Part shown: positions 38,957 to 51,727 of the stretch, piece after piece | How positions within the stretch are numbered: the stretch's first letter is position 1 | Layout of the letters: the number at the start of each line of letters is the position of its first letter | Assembly (NCBI RefSeq): GCF_006345805.1 | Contig: NC_042999.1 | Span: forward strand, 16,678,001-16,742,000 | Reading direction: 5' to 3' | DNA length: 64,000 bases | Origin: Octopus sinensis | Taxonomy: Eukaryota | Made by a program: the position numbers and the translations under genes | The notes under the pieces: model-generated | Told to the model about the DNA's origin: nothing | What the model saw: only the letters and a program-made list of their open reading frames with translations | Databases searched by the model: none

Positions 38957-39003
38957 GACACCTAGTGAAGCCTGGAGGGTATATCAGCCGAAACGTTGTA
39001 TTA
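38957..39003 (+). ncRNA. Degenerate type I hammerhead (family 3)
   Basis: ACAC-CTAGTGA-A-GCCTG..CAGCC-GAAAC-GTT-GTAT; core scrambled (CTAGTGA instead of CTGANGA). Confidence 0.55.
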
Positions 39004-39194
39004 ACCTCAAACAAGATGAGGACTTATATCCGTAAAATGTAAATAATGCATATCTATTTTATTTATTTTGTACAATTCACAAAAATATTTAATTATAAAA
39101 TTACATTCAGATTGTTTTTTTACTACACAGAGAATTATTATGGAGGTTCTGTAGAGTAAAATAGGGACCAGAGGAGGTCCATAGGCTAAAAATG

Positions 39195-39552
39195 AATCTG
39201 GACCAGAGGTTTAGCCGATCGAGTCCCCTCCAGGACTTAATTTGAAGTCTGGTACTTATGCTATATTTCTCTCGTTTGCCGAACCTCTGTGTCACCGGAT
39301 ATAAACAAACCAACCTTGGCTGTCAAGCGGTGGATAAGCAAACAATGACACAAAGACACACACAAATATGCACCCACATATCACGTACACACGCGTATAT
39401 AAAAATATACTTCAGGTTTCTATTTAGTTTCCGTTTCTAAGTCATTCACACGGTATTGATCATTTCGAGGCTATAGTAGTAGCCACATGCCGTGCAATGG
39501 GGTCGAACCCGAAACGACGAGGTTGCAAACCGGGCGGCTTAGCCAGAGTCAT
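39195..39552 (-). mobile_element. SINE family A, old degenerate copy
   Basis: TTTGCCGAACC..GCTGTCAAGCG; TTTAGTTTCCGTTTCTAAG..GAGGCTATAGTAG. Confidence 0.55.
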
Positions 39553-39849
39553 GATTGAAGATTTTGCCTTCACAAATGGTTAATTAGTAAACTACAATAC
39601 GAAATCAAATCCGTTTGCAATACAACCCCAAAATATATTACATATTAATAACGAGTAAGACTTTCCCCCCCGTGCAATGGACGGTGCTGAATCATATCTG
39701 CTGATTAAAAACCAATCAGTGTTTTCTTTTCATTAAAAAATAATTAAGCATGCCTTTATTTCAATAACATTTTGGGTTTTGTTAAACGAAGTTAAGGCAA
39801 AAAAAAGAAGGTCTTGAGAAACCAAATAGTCTTTCCTTCCTTCATGTCA

Positions 39850-40185
39850 AGTTTGAAGAAAATATCTCTTAGGCATCTTACATTTTTGGTCTCTTAAATA
39901 TACTGCATTTTGCGGCATTATTTCAAGCCAGCCGGCTTTTTTTGCGCAAACTGCACGTGCATTTTTCTCGCAACAGCTGATGTACTTGCGCGTACAAATG
40001 CACGTTCCCACTGCTTTATCTATCGCATTCTCACCTGGAATCGATTTTTGTAATTTTTTCAAGGCTTATACACGCTCTGATACCGTCGGTATCTACATAT
40101 CAAATTGAGCGCCATCGGATGGAGAATGCCCGAGATCCTAGAAGACATATATACAGACAGACAGAACGGATTATATATAATAGAT
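39850..40185 (-). mobile_element. DINE/Helentron-like non-autonomous element
   Basis: Terminus ATCTATTATATATAA followed by (CTGT)n on the minus strand; a similar terminus at 48950-49108. Confidence 0.45.
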
Positions 40186-40792
40186 GGTGATTTTCTAAAA
40201 TGCTTAAAATTTGTTATCTTAATTTTAGAATAACAAAATCAGTGCAGTTATGGCCGTGTGTTTAAGAAGCGCGCTTTGCAACCAGTTGGTTTGGAGTTGA
40301 TGAGTAGGTGTCTTATATTACTATAGGCCCGGGCCTAATGACACTGTGAATGACTTCATGAATTCGGCTGACAGAAACTGTGTGAAAGCTCGTCATTTGG
40401 ACCCTGGGATATGGAACGCACTGCTTAAATACTAATCTTGAGAAATTAGGCTTCTCGAATTCAGAAAGTAGAAAGCTAATTTGAAGATTATAGATACAGT
40501 CCATCAGTGGAACTGTAAAAATCTGTAAAACTTTCCAGATGTTCATCATTTAAATATATATGAGCATGTCTAGATATGCAACTATATGCATGAGAAGATA
40601 TACATAAAACAAAACATACAAATCTGCATACATATATACATACATACATGCATACATACAAAAATAGCCTGTTCTTCATGTTTAAATTCCAATGAAGAAA
40701 CCTTGGATCTAGGTTAGAAACCGGCTCTTTGTATATTGGCAAAAAAATCTTGAAATTAAAACTGAATAATGTCACATACATACATACATACA

Positions 40793-40854
<62 letters not shown>

Positions 40855-41419
40855 AGTATGTGTGTATTCACATACACACATTTATATGTGCGTGTGGCTT
40901 TGTGCTTGTGTTTGTTTCCTCTCTCAACTCTTGCTTTGTTTAACTCAACCTTTCGTCTAATGACGAATAAGTACCAGGCCTAAAAATATAGGGGCTGCCA
41001 GTTTGTCTTTGTAAACTCTTCATAGCAGTGCCCCAGCGTGGGCCACAATCCAGCGACAGGAACAATAGTAGGCTTTCTGAATTTGTTTATCATCATATAA
41101 AACAGAGTTGGTGTCTATGAAATTCCACTCAAATTCACTGGACAAGACCAGGTAATACTCATCCAAGGTGGCATACAGAGCAAACAAAGTAGGGACCAAG
41201 TCATAGCAAAAAGAGTAATTCCTGCATACACCGCAGTTCCTGTGTTTATATGCTTAGCCGTTAATGCAAATGTTAAATAAACAATGTAAACGTTATTTAA
41301 GCAAGAAAAACGATACAAAAACGTATATGTAAAAAAAGAAACAAAAAAATAACAGATACATTTAAAACGAGAAAACGCTGTACTAAATTAGAAAACTTTG
41401 GAATAATTAAATGCACTTT

Positions 41420-41461
41420 AGACTATATATATTATATATATTATATATATATATAATATAT

Positions 41462-41507
<46 letters not shown>

Positions 41508-41527
41508 ATATATAAACATACATATAT

Positions 41528-41605
<78 letters not shown>
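41420..41605. repeat. (TA)n-rich microsatellite field; further long TA/TG/ATCT fields at 42160-42850 and 43130-43600
   Basis: Direct reading. Confidence 0.95.
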
Positions 41606-41606
<1 letters not shown>

Positions 41607-42009
41607 CATATTATATCATATATTAATTAAAAGTGTGATATTTTTCCTGATTGTATACAAGGATATCAGCTTTGGGGAAGTATGAAAGTTAAAATCTCTA
41701 TGCATTGATGGGAAGAACAAAGAGAAGATTAATTATGGCTGTAATTAAGAGGAAGGTCTCTGTTATATGATATATATTTTATCGGAGGTGATTTTCAACG
41801 AGAAATCTTTCGATTAAATGTCGTATCTTTTAGTACCTATTAAATATATCTAGTTTCCATGCAAATAGCTTCAAACGCTTGTGAGTTGAGATTACGCTAC
41901 GCCATATATATTGACATTCAAATACAGAAATATACAAGAGGAGAGAAGCAGGTAGAGACATGGGAGGGAAAGAGAGTAAGTGAAAGACAGAGAGAGATAA
42001 AGAGAAAGA

Positions 42010-42047
<38 letters not shown>

Positions 42048-42165
42048 TTGAAAGTAGAGTGTGAGACACAGAGATGCCGAGAAAACAAGGAAATAAAAAG
42101 GACATAAATGAATATACATCCGTTAGTTTGTAAAACTATATGTACGATTACATACATGATAAATA

Positions 42166-42213
<48 letters not shown>

Positions 42214-42371
42214 TATATATATATAGTATATATATATAAAATATGTTATGCTAATATATCGTTTGTGTGTATATATACATATACGTACTCATACATGTAT
42301 ACCTGTAAATAGTCTTGCGCATATATGCGTATCTCTTTCCCCCCTCTCTCTCTATATATAAAGGCATATTC

Positions 42372-42403
<32 letters not shown>

Positions 42404-42559
42404 TAATATATATATATATATTACTAACTATGTGCATATATATACACACACACATTGTTACAAGTTATACGTTTACAAATGTATACATGCAATTATAGAT
42501 ATAAGTGTATATGTATACACATTTACACAAAATTATACAGATTATTATCTCTGCTAATC

Positions 42560-42599
<40 letters not shown>

Positions 42600-43166
42600 C
42601 ATATATATGTAATCTGTACATATTATTGTTCATCATATACATGTACATATGACCAAATATATATATATATATATAATATATATATATAGTATGTGTGTAT
42701 GTATGTATGTATTTATATCTATATATAATACTATATATATATATATATATAGATAATATATATATAGATATATATATCGATATATTATATATATATATAT
42801 GTCTATGTGTTTGTACACCGATATATAGGCACACATACACACACATGTACTTTCTTTGAAGCTAACCACACTCGGCAACGGTGTGTGCTTTGCTAAACAT
42901 AACATGTCAGTTTATTGATGCATTGTACAGAGATTCACTGACGACTACTGTTGTGATTTTTATCTCTCCAAGTGTCACAGTATGACATTATCGTCTTCAT
43001 CTGCGGTCTAGGAAAGCTTTACACCATGAAAGTATTATTTATACTATCCCCAGCGATCGATCTGATTGTAAATATAATTTTACACAGGAACATATATACA
43101 TTCATACACACACGCACACACACACACACATATATATGTAATGTATATATATGCATGTGTGTATGT

Positions 43167-43228
<62 letters not shown>

Positions 43229-43293
43229 GTATATATATGCATGTTTGTATATATAGGTATATTATGTAATATATATATATATAGGTATATCTG

Positions 43294-43334
<41 letters not shown>

Positions 43335-43360
43335 TATCTATATCTATCTATCTATCTATC

Positions 43361-43400
<40 letters not shown>

Positions 43401-44537
43401 CTCTATATCTCTCTCTCTCTCTCTATATATATATATAGGTATATCTGTATGTAGGTACGTATGTATATATATATATATATATATATAGATGTATATTTAT
43501 ACACATATAATGAATTTGTATGTATATGAGTGTGTTTCTCTATATGCATGTGTGTGTATGTGTGTGTGTGTGTGTGCGCATGTATGTAAGAACGTATCTT
43601 AATGTGTATGTGTTCATATATCATTCAGTTAGGTAGAAGCATGATCTGGATAGATAACGTATGATTAAAAGTGCGACTTACTAAGTACATCAGTCTCTCA
43701 AATCTATTATCTGCATATATATATATATATATAATATATATATATATGAATACGCTCATATATGCGCATATAATGTACGTACATGCTTACAGGTGTATAT
43801 CTGTTTCTGTGTTCGAATATATACATTTATACAGACAAGCATATATTTATGCTTACAAGAGCATACCAGTATAAATATACACGCATGCAGATATAGATAC
43901 ATCAACATTGGAAATTTTAGTGAGAGCGTTTTCTGCATAAAGAAATATAGAGCTATGTGCTATCTAACGTATTTTAAAGGAACCGATATTTTTTCAATAA
44001 AATAACGTTACACTAACAAGGAGAACGTTAATGTTTTCAGTATTAACGATATTTTGCTTAAAATGCAGGATGGAGGTGAGCGCCGAGATTATAATTGACT
44101 AAAAATATAATGGTGACATACAAGAGATAAACTGCTCTTTCTTCCATTTGGGCACAATTTCAGAGAGGATTGAATCACGTAGATATTTGTGGCTTATCAC
44201 AATCAGCGTGTAACAACTAGAGCGTATACTAACCTCAAACGCATATAGAATTCATGAGAAAATAATTCCCTGATTAGGTAATTTCAAATGGTGATATATG
44301 AAATATTTTCAAGAGTGGTGTCTGCACGAGAAATGCATAGTAAATTACAAGCTATCATAGTTTGTGTAGTATGTAGAAAATGACTTTAAAGCAATCGATG
44401 TTATACTTATAACTCTTCCAAACTTTCACACAAGGTAAGTAAGTTTAGGTGAAGTGTACAACGAGATCATCTGATTCTGTATACAACTAGTACGACCTCA
44501 ACAAGAGGTCGTACTTAAGGAGTCGGAAGAAAGTACT

Positions 44538-44770
44538 TGTTTCTTTATTACCCACAAGGGGCTAAACACAGAGGGGACAAACAAGGACAGACAAACGGAT
44601 TAAGTCAATTACATCGACCCCAGTGCGTGACTAGTACTTAATTTAGCGACCCCGAAAGGATGAAAGGCAAAGTCGACCTCGGCGGAATTTGAACTCAGAA
44701 CGTAACGGCAGACGAAATACGGCTACGCATATCGCTCGGCGTGCTAACGTTTCTGCCAGCTCGCCGGCTT
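44538..44770 (-). mobile_element. SINE family B
   Basis: Consensus match. Confidence 0.9.
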
Positions 44771-45522
44771 AAGAAAGTACCGATAATCGTTTTACCCTAC
44801 GCGTTAACGAATCTGCCATCTCACCGCCTGTTTTAAGGCAAATAATGGGAAGAAACTATCACTTTAGCTCATCTCCTGTCTATCTCGATTTCATCTTCAG
44901 TTGTTTGAAATTTTAAAGTTCTTGCCTTTGTATCTGTTGCGACGTATTTTCATTAACGAAAATGACTTTTTCTTCTCATTACGAGAATATTTTCAATTGA
45001 TTAAAATGATTATCGTTCACTACGTTAAGTATATTAGCCTGCACCGTTGGGAAATTTCCAAATGTCGTTATTTTAAATTACCTAATCATTGAATCACTTT
45101 TGCTGCAAAACTATATCCACTTCACTTCACACTATGCTGTGGTCTGGCAGTTAATTGCTCATTATACTTTGCTGAGAAGATATAATTGTTTCTAATATAG
45201 ACACAAGCCTGGAATTTTAGGGGAGCCGTTAAGGCGGCTGAGATAGATTTCAGTGCATGTATGGTATATTATTTTATCGACTTCGAAATGATGAAAGCAA
45301 AGCTGACCTCAGCGGAATTTGTGCTCAAAAGTGGTTTCCATTTTGAAGAAAATGCTAACTGCTTCGAGAAGTGACTAATCGATATGGTTGACTCCACACG
45401 ACTTCACCGGAATTTTATTTACGAACTGCGGAGGTATGAACAGCACAGTGGGCATTGGTGGGTTTTCGCACAGAATGTAAAGAGCCCGGAAGATTACGTC
45501 ATCGTATTTTACCTATACGAAC

Positions 45523-45873
45523 CAGTTGGTTCTCAACCGGGGTCAATATGACCCCCGAGGGCCCATATAAGGTTTTTAGGGGTCCACGAAAGAAAACGGT
45601 ACATTTGGGATCCACAATATTAATTTAAGAGACCCTCAAAATATTTTGCTTTAAATATATGTATTGATATGTATTACAAGAAAGAGCTAGGTGTATTTCT
45701 CTCATACTTTATATAATTTAAGCTACACAAGTTAATGTGTGAAAAGCACACAACAGAAATTTTGAAAGTAGTTTCTATAAAACTAGTTATTAAGCATCGA
45801 ATAGCTATGGGGTCCACCAAAATGAAATAGCAATCAAAGAGGTCCATAGATAGAAAATGGTTGAGATCCCCTG
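45523..45873. mobile_element. hAT-type MITE
   Basis: TIRs CAGTTGGTTCTCAACC / GGTTGAGATCCCCTG with subterminal GGGGTCCA motifs; no clean 8-bp TSD. Confidence 0.65.
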
Positions 45874-45935
45874 TTATATACTAATACTTAAACGATTCTG
45901 TCAGGTTGCTGACTTACGAATTATAATCATTTCTA

Positions 45936-46145
45936 AGGCTGCGAGCTGGCAGAATCGTTAGCACGTCGTAGAAAATGCTTAGCGGCACTGCGCCCGTCTT
46001 TATGTTCTGAGTACAAATTCCGCTCAGGTCGACTTTATTTTTCATCCTCCTTGGAGTTGATAAAATAGGTACCAGTCAAGCACTTGGGTTTGATGTAATC
46101 GACTTACTCTCTCTCAGAAATTGCTGGCCTTGTGCCAAAATTTGA
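45936..46145 (+). mobile_element. SINE family B variant
   Basis: GGCTGCGAGCTGGCAGAATCGTTAGCACG head; tail GAAATTGCTGGCCTTGTGCCAAAATTTG. Confidence 0.8.
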
Positions 46146-46299
46146 ATCGATAGTCATAATCGTTTCTAACTTAGGTACAAGGCCAGCAATTTTGAGGATA
46201 GAACAGTTGGTATTATCAACGACCCTACTACAGACCTGAGGTGTGTGAAAGAAAGCAAAACGAATTAAATAATGAAGGACAAATAAATGAAAATTAACA

Positions 46300-46475
46300 T
46301 AGGCGTTGGAGTGGCTGAGTGGTAAGTAGCTTGCTTACAAACCACATGGTTCCGGGTTCAGTCCAACTGCGTGGCACCTTGGGCTAGTGTCTTCTACTAT
46401 AGACTCGGGCGGACCAAAACCTTGTGAATGGATTTGGTAGGCGGAAACAGAAAGAAGCCCGCGGTATATATGTAA

Positions 46476-46509
<34 letters not shown>

Positions 46510-46814
46510 TATATATATACATATATATATGTATGTGTGTATGTATGTATGTATGTATGTATGTATGTTGTATGTATGTATGTATGTGTGTGTGTGTGTA
46601 TATATGTTTCTGTGTCTGTGTTTGTTCCCACAATATCGTTTGACAACCGATGGTGGTGTGTTTACATCCCCGTAATTTCAGCGGTTCGGGAAAAGAGACC
46701 GACAGAGTAAGTACTAGGCTTCCAAAGAATAAGTCCTGGCGTCGATTTTCTCGACTAAAGGCGGTGCTCCAGCATGGCCACAGTCAAATGACTGAAAGAC
46801 GTAAAAGAGTAAAA
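46300..46814 (+). mobile_element. SINE family A, full length
   Basis: Consensus match. Confidence 0.92.
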
Positions 46815-47789
46815 TAATTCTTGTATATAGAATAGTAAATACAATAAGAGTTTTTGATCAGAGTGGTGGAGCTCCGGACTACATTTTCCGAAACATATTT
46901 CTGCTTACCTACTCAATTCCGATTTGAGGAAAATTTTGTATGGCAATACTCTAATGGTGTATACCACGCATATTATGGAGGTCATTTCAATCAAATATAC
47001 CACTTCCTTTAAAAAAATGAATAAACAAAAGTATCACGTGAACCTGTGACTACCTAAAAACCCAAAATCTTTATAATTCCCATATATTCTGATAATATGT
47101 TCTTATTTGTTGGGATTTAAAATCATAAATTACACATTTCTACTCAATATTGACATTTCCATGAATCTGATATTATTCTTAGGAATATATACGGTTAAAA
47201 GTTCGATGTTATATGACAGCATTTGCACATATTTAACACAGAGAAAACGGATATTGGCTCTACTGTTATTAATTTCATTTGAAATATTCTTTTTCTCAGA
47301 GGAGCGCCTTTTATTAATGTATTGACACTTAGTCGAATAGTTTAAACGCGCCAATATCTATTGAACAATGGCATTAAATAATTATTATATATCGTGTCTG
47401 CTTGTTATTTATTGATATATTTCACTGATACAAGATGTTATACTTAGAGAAAGAAGAAGAGGAAGATTTTGTTGACGGTTCACGCATTTTTGAAAAGCAT
47501 TTGCTGTGAAGGATATATTGAAATAACTGAGAATGTCGCCTATATGTCGTTAATCTACGGTGCCGCACAGTTCGAAGTTTCGTGTATTACAGACAGGCAT
47601 TCATGCATTGATGCAGGCATACAAACATTCACACATACAATCATTGATAGATACATACATACATTGATGCATACATTTATACATGCATACATACAAACAT
47701 AAATACGTATCTTCATACATATGTTTATACATGCACACCTATATACGTGCATGCTTATATACATTCATACAATACATGATTTATCGTTA

Positions 47790-47970
47790 GCCACAAAACG
47801 ATTTTTATTTTCTCTCTGCTTATTTCTGTGTTCCTTTCTGTTGAAGAGCGTAGGCTCGAAACGTAAAAGACTTTCTCACTTCCCGAGCGTTAATCTAATC
47901 CATATCTTTGTTGTTTACACACCCGTTTGTGTCCTTTGTTTTTTTTGTAAATTCCAGCTATACAATACTT
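47790..47970 (+). mobile_element. Short hammerhead-bearing repeat (family 2), probably a Penelope-like terminal fragment
   Basis: Homologous to 53180-53340 (+) and 62380-62540 (-); abuts a (TG)n(TA)n tract. Confidence 0.65.
47831..47870 (+). ncRNA. Minimal type I hammerhead with a variant core (family 2)
   Basis: CTTT-CTGTTGA-A-GAGC-GTAG-GCTC-GAAAC-GTA-AAAG. Confidence 0.6.
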
Positions 47971-48032
47971 ATGTGTGTGTGTGTGTTTGTGTGTGTGTAT
48001 GTGTGTGTGTGTGTGTGTGCGTGCGTGCGTGT

Positions 48033-48065
<33 letters not shown>

Positions 48066-48070
<5 letters not shown>

Positions 48071-48404
48071 CTTTTAATACTTTTGATATATATTTAAAAT
48101 AATATAAATTAATTAATTTTATGTATTGGCTTATGTTTTTCATTGTTTGATTTGCCTAATAGGGGTTTTATCTCTAATTTAATATAATATATATATATAT
48201 AACTGACACACATATATATTATATATATATATATATTATATATATATATATATTAAACTTTTAATACTTTTGATATATATTTAAAATAATATAAATTAAT
48301 TAATTTTATGTATTGGCTTATGTTTTTCATTGTTTGATTTGCCTAATAGGGGTTTTATCTCTAATTTAATATAATATATATATATATAACTGACACACAT
48401 ATAT
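48066..48404. repeat. Perfect tandem duplication (period about 187 bp) bounded by (TA)n
   Basis: Units start at 48066 and 48253. Confidence 0.92.
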
Positions 48405-48599
48405 ATATATATATATAGATATATATATATATATCTATATATATATATATATATATGTGTATGTGTGTGTGTGGTGTGTGTGTGTGTGAGTGTGTCAGCT
48501 GGCCATACACGGTATGGGAGACCGAACATGCCTTCAGTCGGATCTGTTTGCTGTTGTCCTGTTGTCCAATGGGCGGAAAAGATCAATATGCTTCTAAAT

Positions 48600-48930
48600 G
48601 AATTTGATCCACCTTGGAAAAGAGCATACTCTGAAACTACCTAATGCTCTTCTCTCGGGCGACTCCCTAGTGTCATCCGACAACACCAGAGACCTTGAAG
48701 TAATTGTTGATAACAATATAAACTGGAGTTCCTAAGTAAACAGCAGGATTGACTTAGCCTGCAAGATCTGCTTCTGGATTCTAAGAATTTTCCGGTCTAG
48801 AGATGCCCACTCCATCACCCTTCTCTACTCTACTTTTGCCTGGCCGCACCTTGAATACTGTTGCCCACTGTGGCCTTCCCGCACGAAGCAACTCATTATG
48901 AAAGTGGAAGCACTCCAGAGGTCAACAACA
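48600..48930 (+). mobile_element. CR1-group LINE fragment
   Basis: RDLEVIVDNNINWS..LACKICFWILRIFRSRD..LLYSTFAWPHLEYCCPLWP..KVEALQR. Confidence 0.82.
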
Positions 48931-49116
48931 AGTGGCCCTATTATCGATTCGTTTCAACAATCTGAGTATGCCATGAGGTTTACAGACATGAGTTCTACTC
49001 ACGTGTCAAGTTTCATCAAAATCGATAAAACGATGTAGGAATGTAAGAGGAATTAGCCAATAACTCCACAAATACACCCACGGACAGAATTTCTCACATA
49101 TAGTAGATTTTTCTTA

Positions 49117-49193
<77 letters not shown>

Positions 49194-49459
49194 GATGTGT
49201 GTGTGTGTATGCGCGTGTGTGTGTACATACACAGTCAGTTGGAGAGTGCTAAATAAGATCAGTATAGAAACCGAAAAGTAATACTTCAATGAATTAGAAC
49301 TTATATTCTGATTTCTTCATCCAGTGTTAGGGCCGCGACTTCAAAAGTGGCTTTAAAAGAATTCCAAATCGATGTAATAGCGGCTATTGATGTTAAGGAA
49401 TACATTTCACAACCTTGAGGAAGAGGTCGAAATTTAAATTCTAACTTAATCGAGCACTA

Positions 49460-49532
<73 letters not shown>

Positions 49533-49534
<2 letters not shown>

Positions 49535-49872
49535 TGGCTCAGTGGTTAGAGCGTCGAGCTTACGATCGTGAGGTTGTGAGCTCGAATCCCGGACGTGGCT
49601 GCGTGTTGTGTTCTTGAGCAAGGCACTTTATTTCACGTTGCTCCAGTTCACTCAGCTGTAGAAATGAGTTGCGACGTCACAGGTGCCAAGCTGTATCGGC
49701 CCTTGCCTTTCCCTTGGACAACATCGGTGACGTGGAGAGGGGAGGCCGGTATGCATGGGCGACTGCTGGTCTTCCATAAAACAACCTTGCCCAGACTTGT
49801 GCCTCAGAGGGTATCTCTCTAGGTGCAAACCCATGGTCAGTGCCTGACCGAAGGGGGTCTTTACCCTTTTAC
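49533..49872 (+). mobile_element. tRNA-derived CORE-like SINE
   Basis: A-box TGGCTCAGTGG, B-box GCTCGAATCCC, CTTGAGCAAGGCACTT..TTGCTCCAGTTCACTCAGCTG; (TTTACCC)n tail. Confidence 0.8.
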
Positions 49873-49874
49873 CC

Positions 49875-50125
49875 TTATATATATAATTAAATAATAAGGG
49901 TGGAAATTGATATTAATCAATAAAAACCAGTGGCTTAGCATATTTTAAAAATCTGAAGATTAAAAATTGTGTTACATACAAAATTAAGAGGATCGCTATT
50001 ACCACGAAGAATGCGTTGTGAGATTTTTCTTGAGAACACATTCTTCGTGGTAATGGCGATTTGACGTCTATGTTTAGCATATTAGGTGTCTACTTTAGTG
50101 GTCATTCCTCTTAATTTTGTATATA
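49875..50125. repeat. Nested inverted repeats (16-bp outer arms, 26-bp inner arms)
   Basis: 49977-49992 / 50106-50121 perfect; 49992-50017 / 50035-50060 with 24 of 26 matching. Confidence 0.85.
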
Positions 50126-50294
50126 CATATATAGTATTATTCTTACCAAATATATACGCTTTTATTATTATTTTGCAATATAATCATCGGTATATTATTG
50201 TTATTTTATGTTTAAGATTTCTATTATATGTAATTTTCTAGATGGTGTAATTTAATTGTTCATTTTGAATTGAAAAAAAGTGTTTTTTTTTCTA

Positions 50295-50344
<50 letters not shown>

Positions 50345-50796
50345 TCTCTCACAAGACCAATTATATGATCAGGGTATACACCCTTGAATATGAATAATTA
50401 TTTCTCTTAGTGTCATAGAGTAACACATGGGGGATAGCAAAGCATTGAGTAAATCGATCTTTTACATTTCTGTTTCCCCACAGATGAATAAAGTGCAACG
50501 TCGACTCTGGTGGGACTTGAATTTAAATGTAAAATAATGCAACTGAATATTGTATATCAATCCGTACACTGTTGCAATGATTTCTTGCCATTTATTACGC
50601 TTTTATAAACCGATACTGAAAGGCCATTTATCTGGTAAGACAACGTATTTCCACATTAACAGAGAGATTTAGTATCGACTACAGGATGGTGGAAAGTAAA
50701 TAAGAACGCTGTAGGATTAACGTTTTGATATTAATGAGATATAACTAGGAACTCTGGGTAGCCACTAATTAGGGTCTTTACCTCGTTGAGTATATT

Positions 50797-51026
50797 GCGA
50801 GCTGGCAGAAACGTTAGCACGCCGGGCGAAATGCTTAGTGACATTTCATCTGCCGTTACGTTCTGAGTTCAAATTCCGCCGAGGTCGACTTTGCATTTCA
50901 TCCGTTCGGGGTCGATAAATTAAGTACCAGTTACGCACTGGAGTCGATATAATCGCCTTAATCCGTCTGTCTGTCCTTGTTTGTCCCCTCTGTGTTTGGC
51001 CCCTTGTGGGTAGTAAAGAAATAGGT
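50797..51026 (+). mobile_element. SINE family B
   Basis: Consensus match. Confidence 0.92.
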
Positions 51027-51442
51027 AAGTGTTTCGGTTCTCTGTGTTCTGTGTTCATATCGCTACTGAGATAAACTCTGCCTCTCATTCGGAGGCGAAA
51101 AGTACTCTACTAGTCTTGAAATTGGGTAGATTCATACACCTGATTTAATCCCTTTTTATTTCCGTCCGTCTGTATCTTTATCTTCGAAAGAAATCAGTTG
51201 TTGTCAGAGGTGCAGATGGATAGATCTCGTCAGATCAACAAATGCTCCCAAAATCCGTGTCTCTACAATTCCAATAAGGTATTGAGAGCTAAGGGAGCAT
51301 AATTTTCCCATCATTTTTATGTAATGAGGTACGCGCCCCTGGACATTTTTATATAGCTCAATGGTGTTTTGATAAAAGTCATGATATTTCTAGAGATACC
51401 CAAATACTGGAGAAACAAAAGGAAGGAGAAGATATTACACTA

Positions 51443-51645
51443 AGCCGGCGAGCTTGGCAGCATCGTTAGCACACCAGGAAATACGTTTATTTCGCCCGTC
51501 TTTAACTTCTGAGTTCAAACCACGCCGCTGTCGACTTTGCTTTTCATCCCTTCGGTGTCAATAAAATAAATACCAATTGAGCTCTAGCGTCGATGTAATT
51601 GTCTTGCCCTACATTCCCGAAATTGCTGGCCTTGTGCCAAAATTT
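51443..51645 (+). mobile_element. SINE family B variant
   Basis: Head and B-box; variant tail as at 45936. Confidence 0.78.
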
Positions 51646-51727
51646 AAAATCATTCTTAAACATTATCCTTGGTTCGAAAGATTGCAAGAGAGCAAACACT
51701 GCTAAGAGCAATCATAGGCCAGATTAT

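Noticed and set aside
41106-44434. Possible + strand micro-exons 41106-41151 (VGVYEIPLKFTGQDQ), 44041-44075 and one ending at the GTAAGT donor near 44434
   Set aside because: Good splice signals, but the phases do not chain unambiguously and no protein family is recognised
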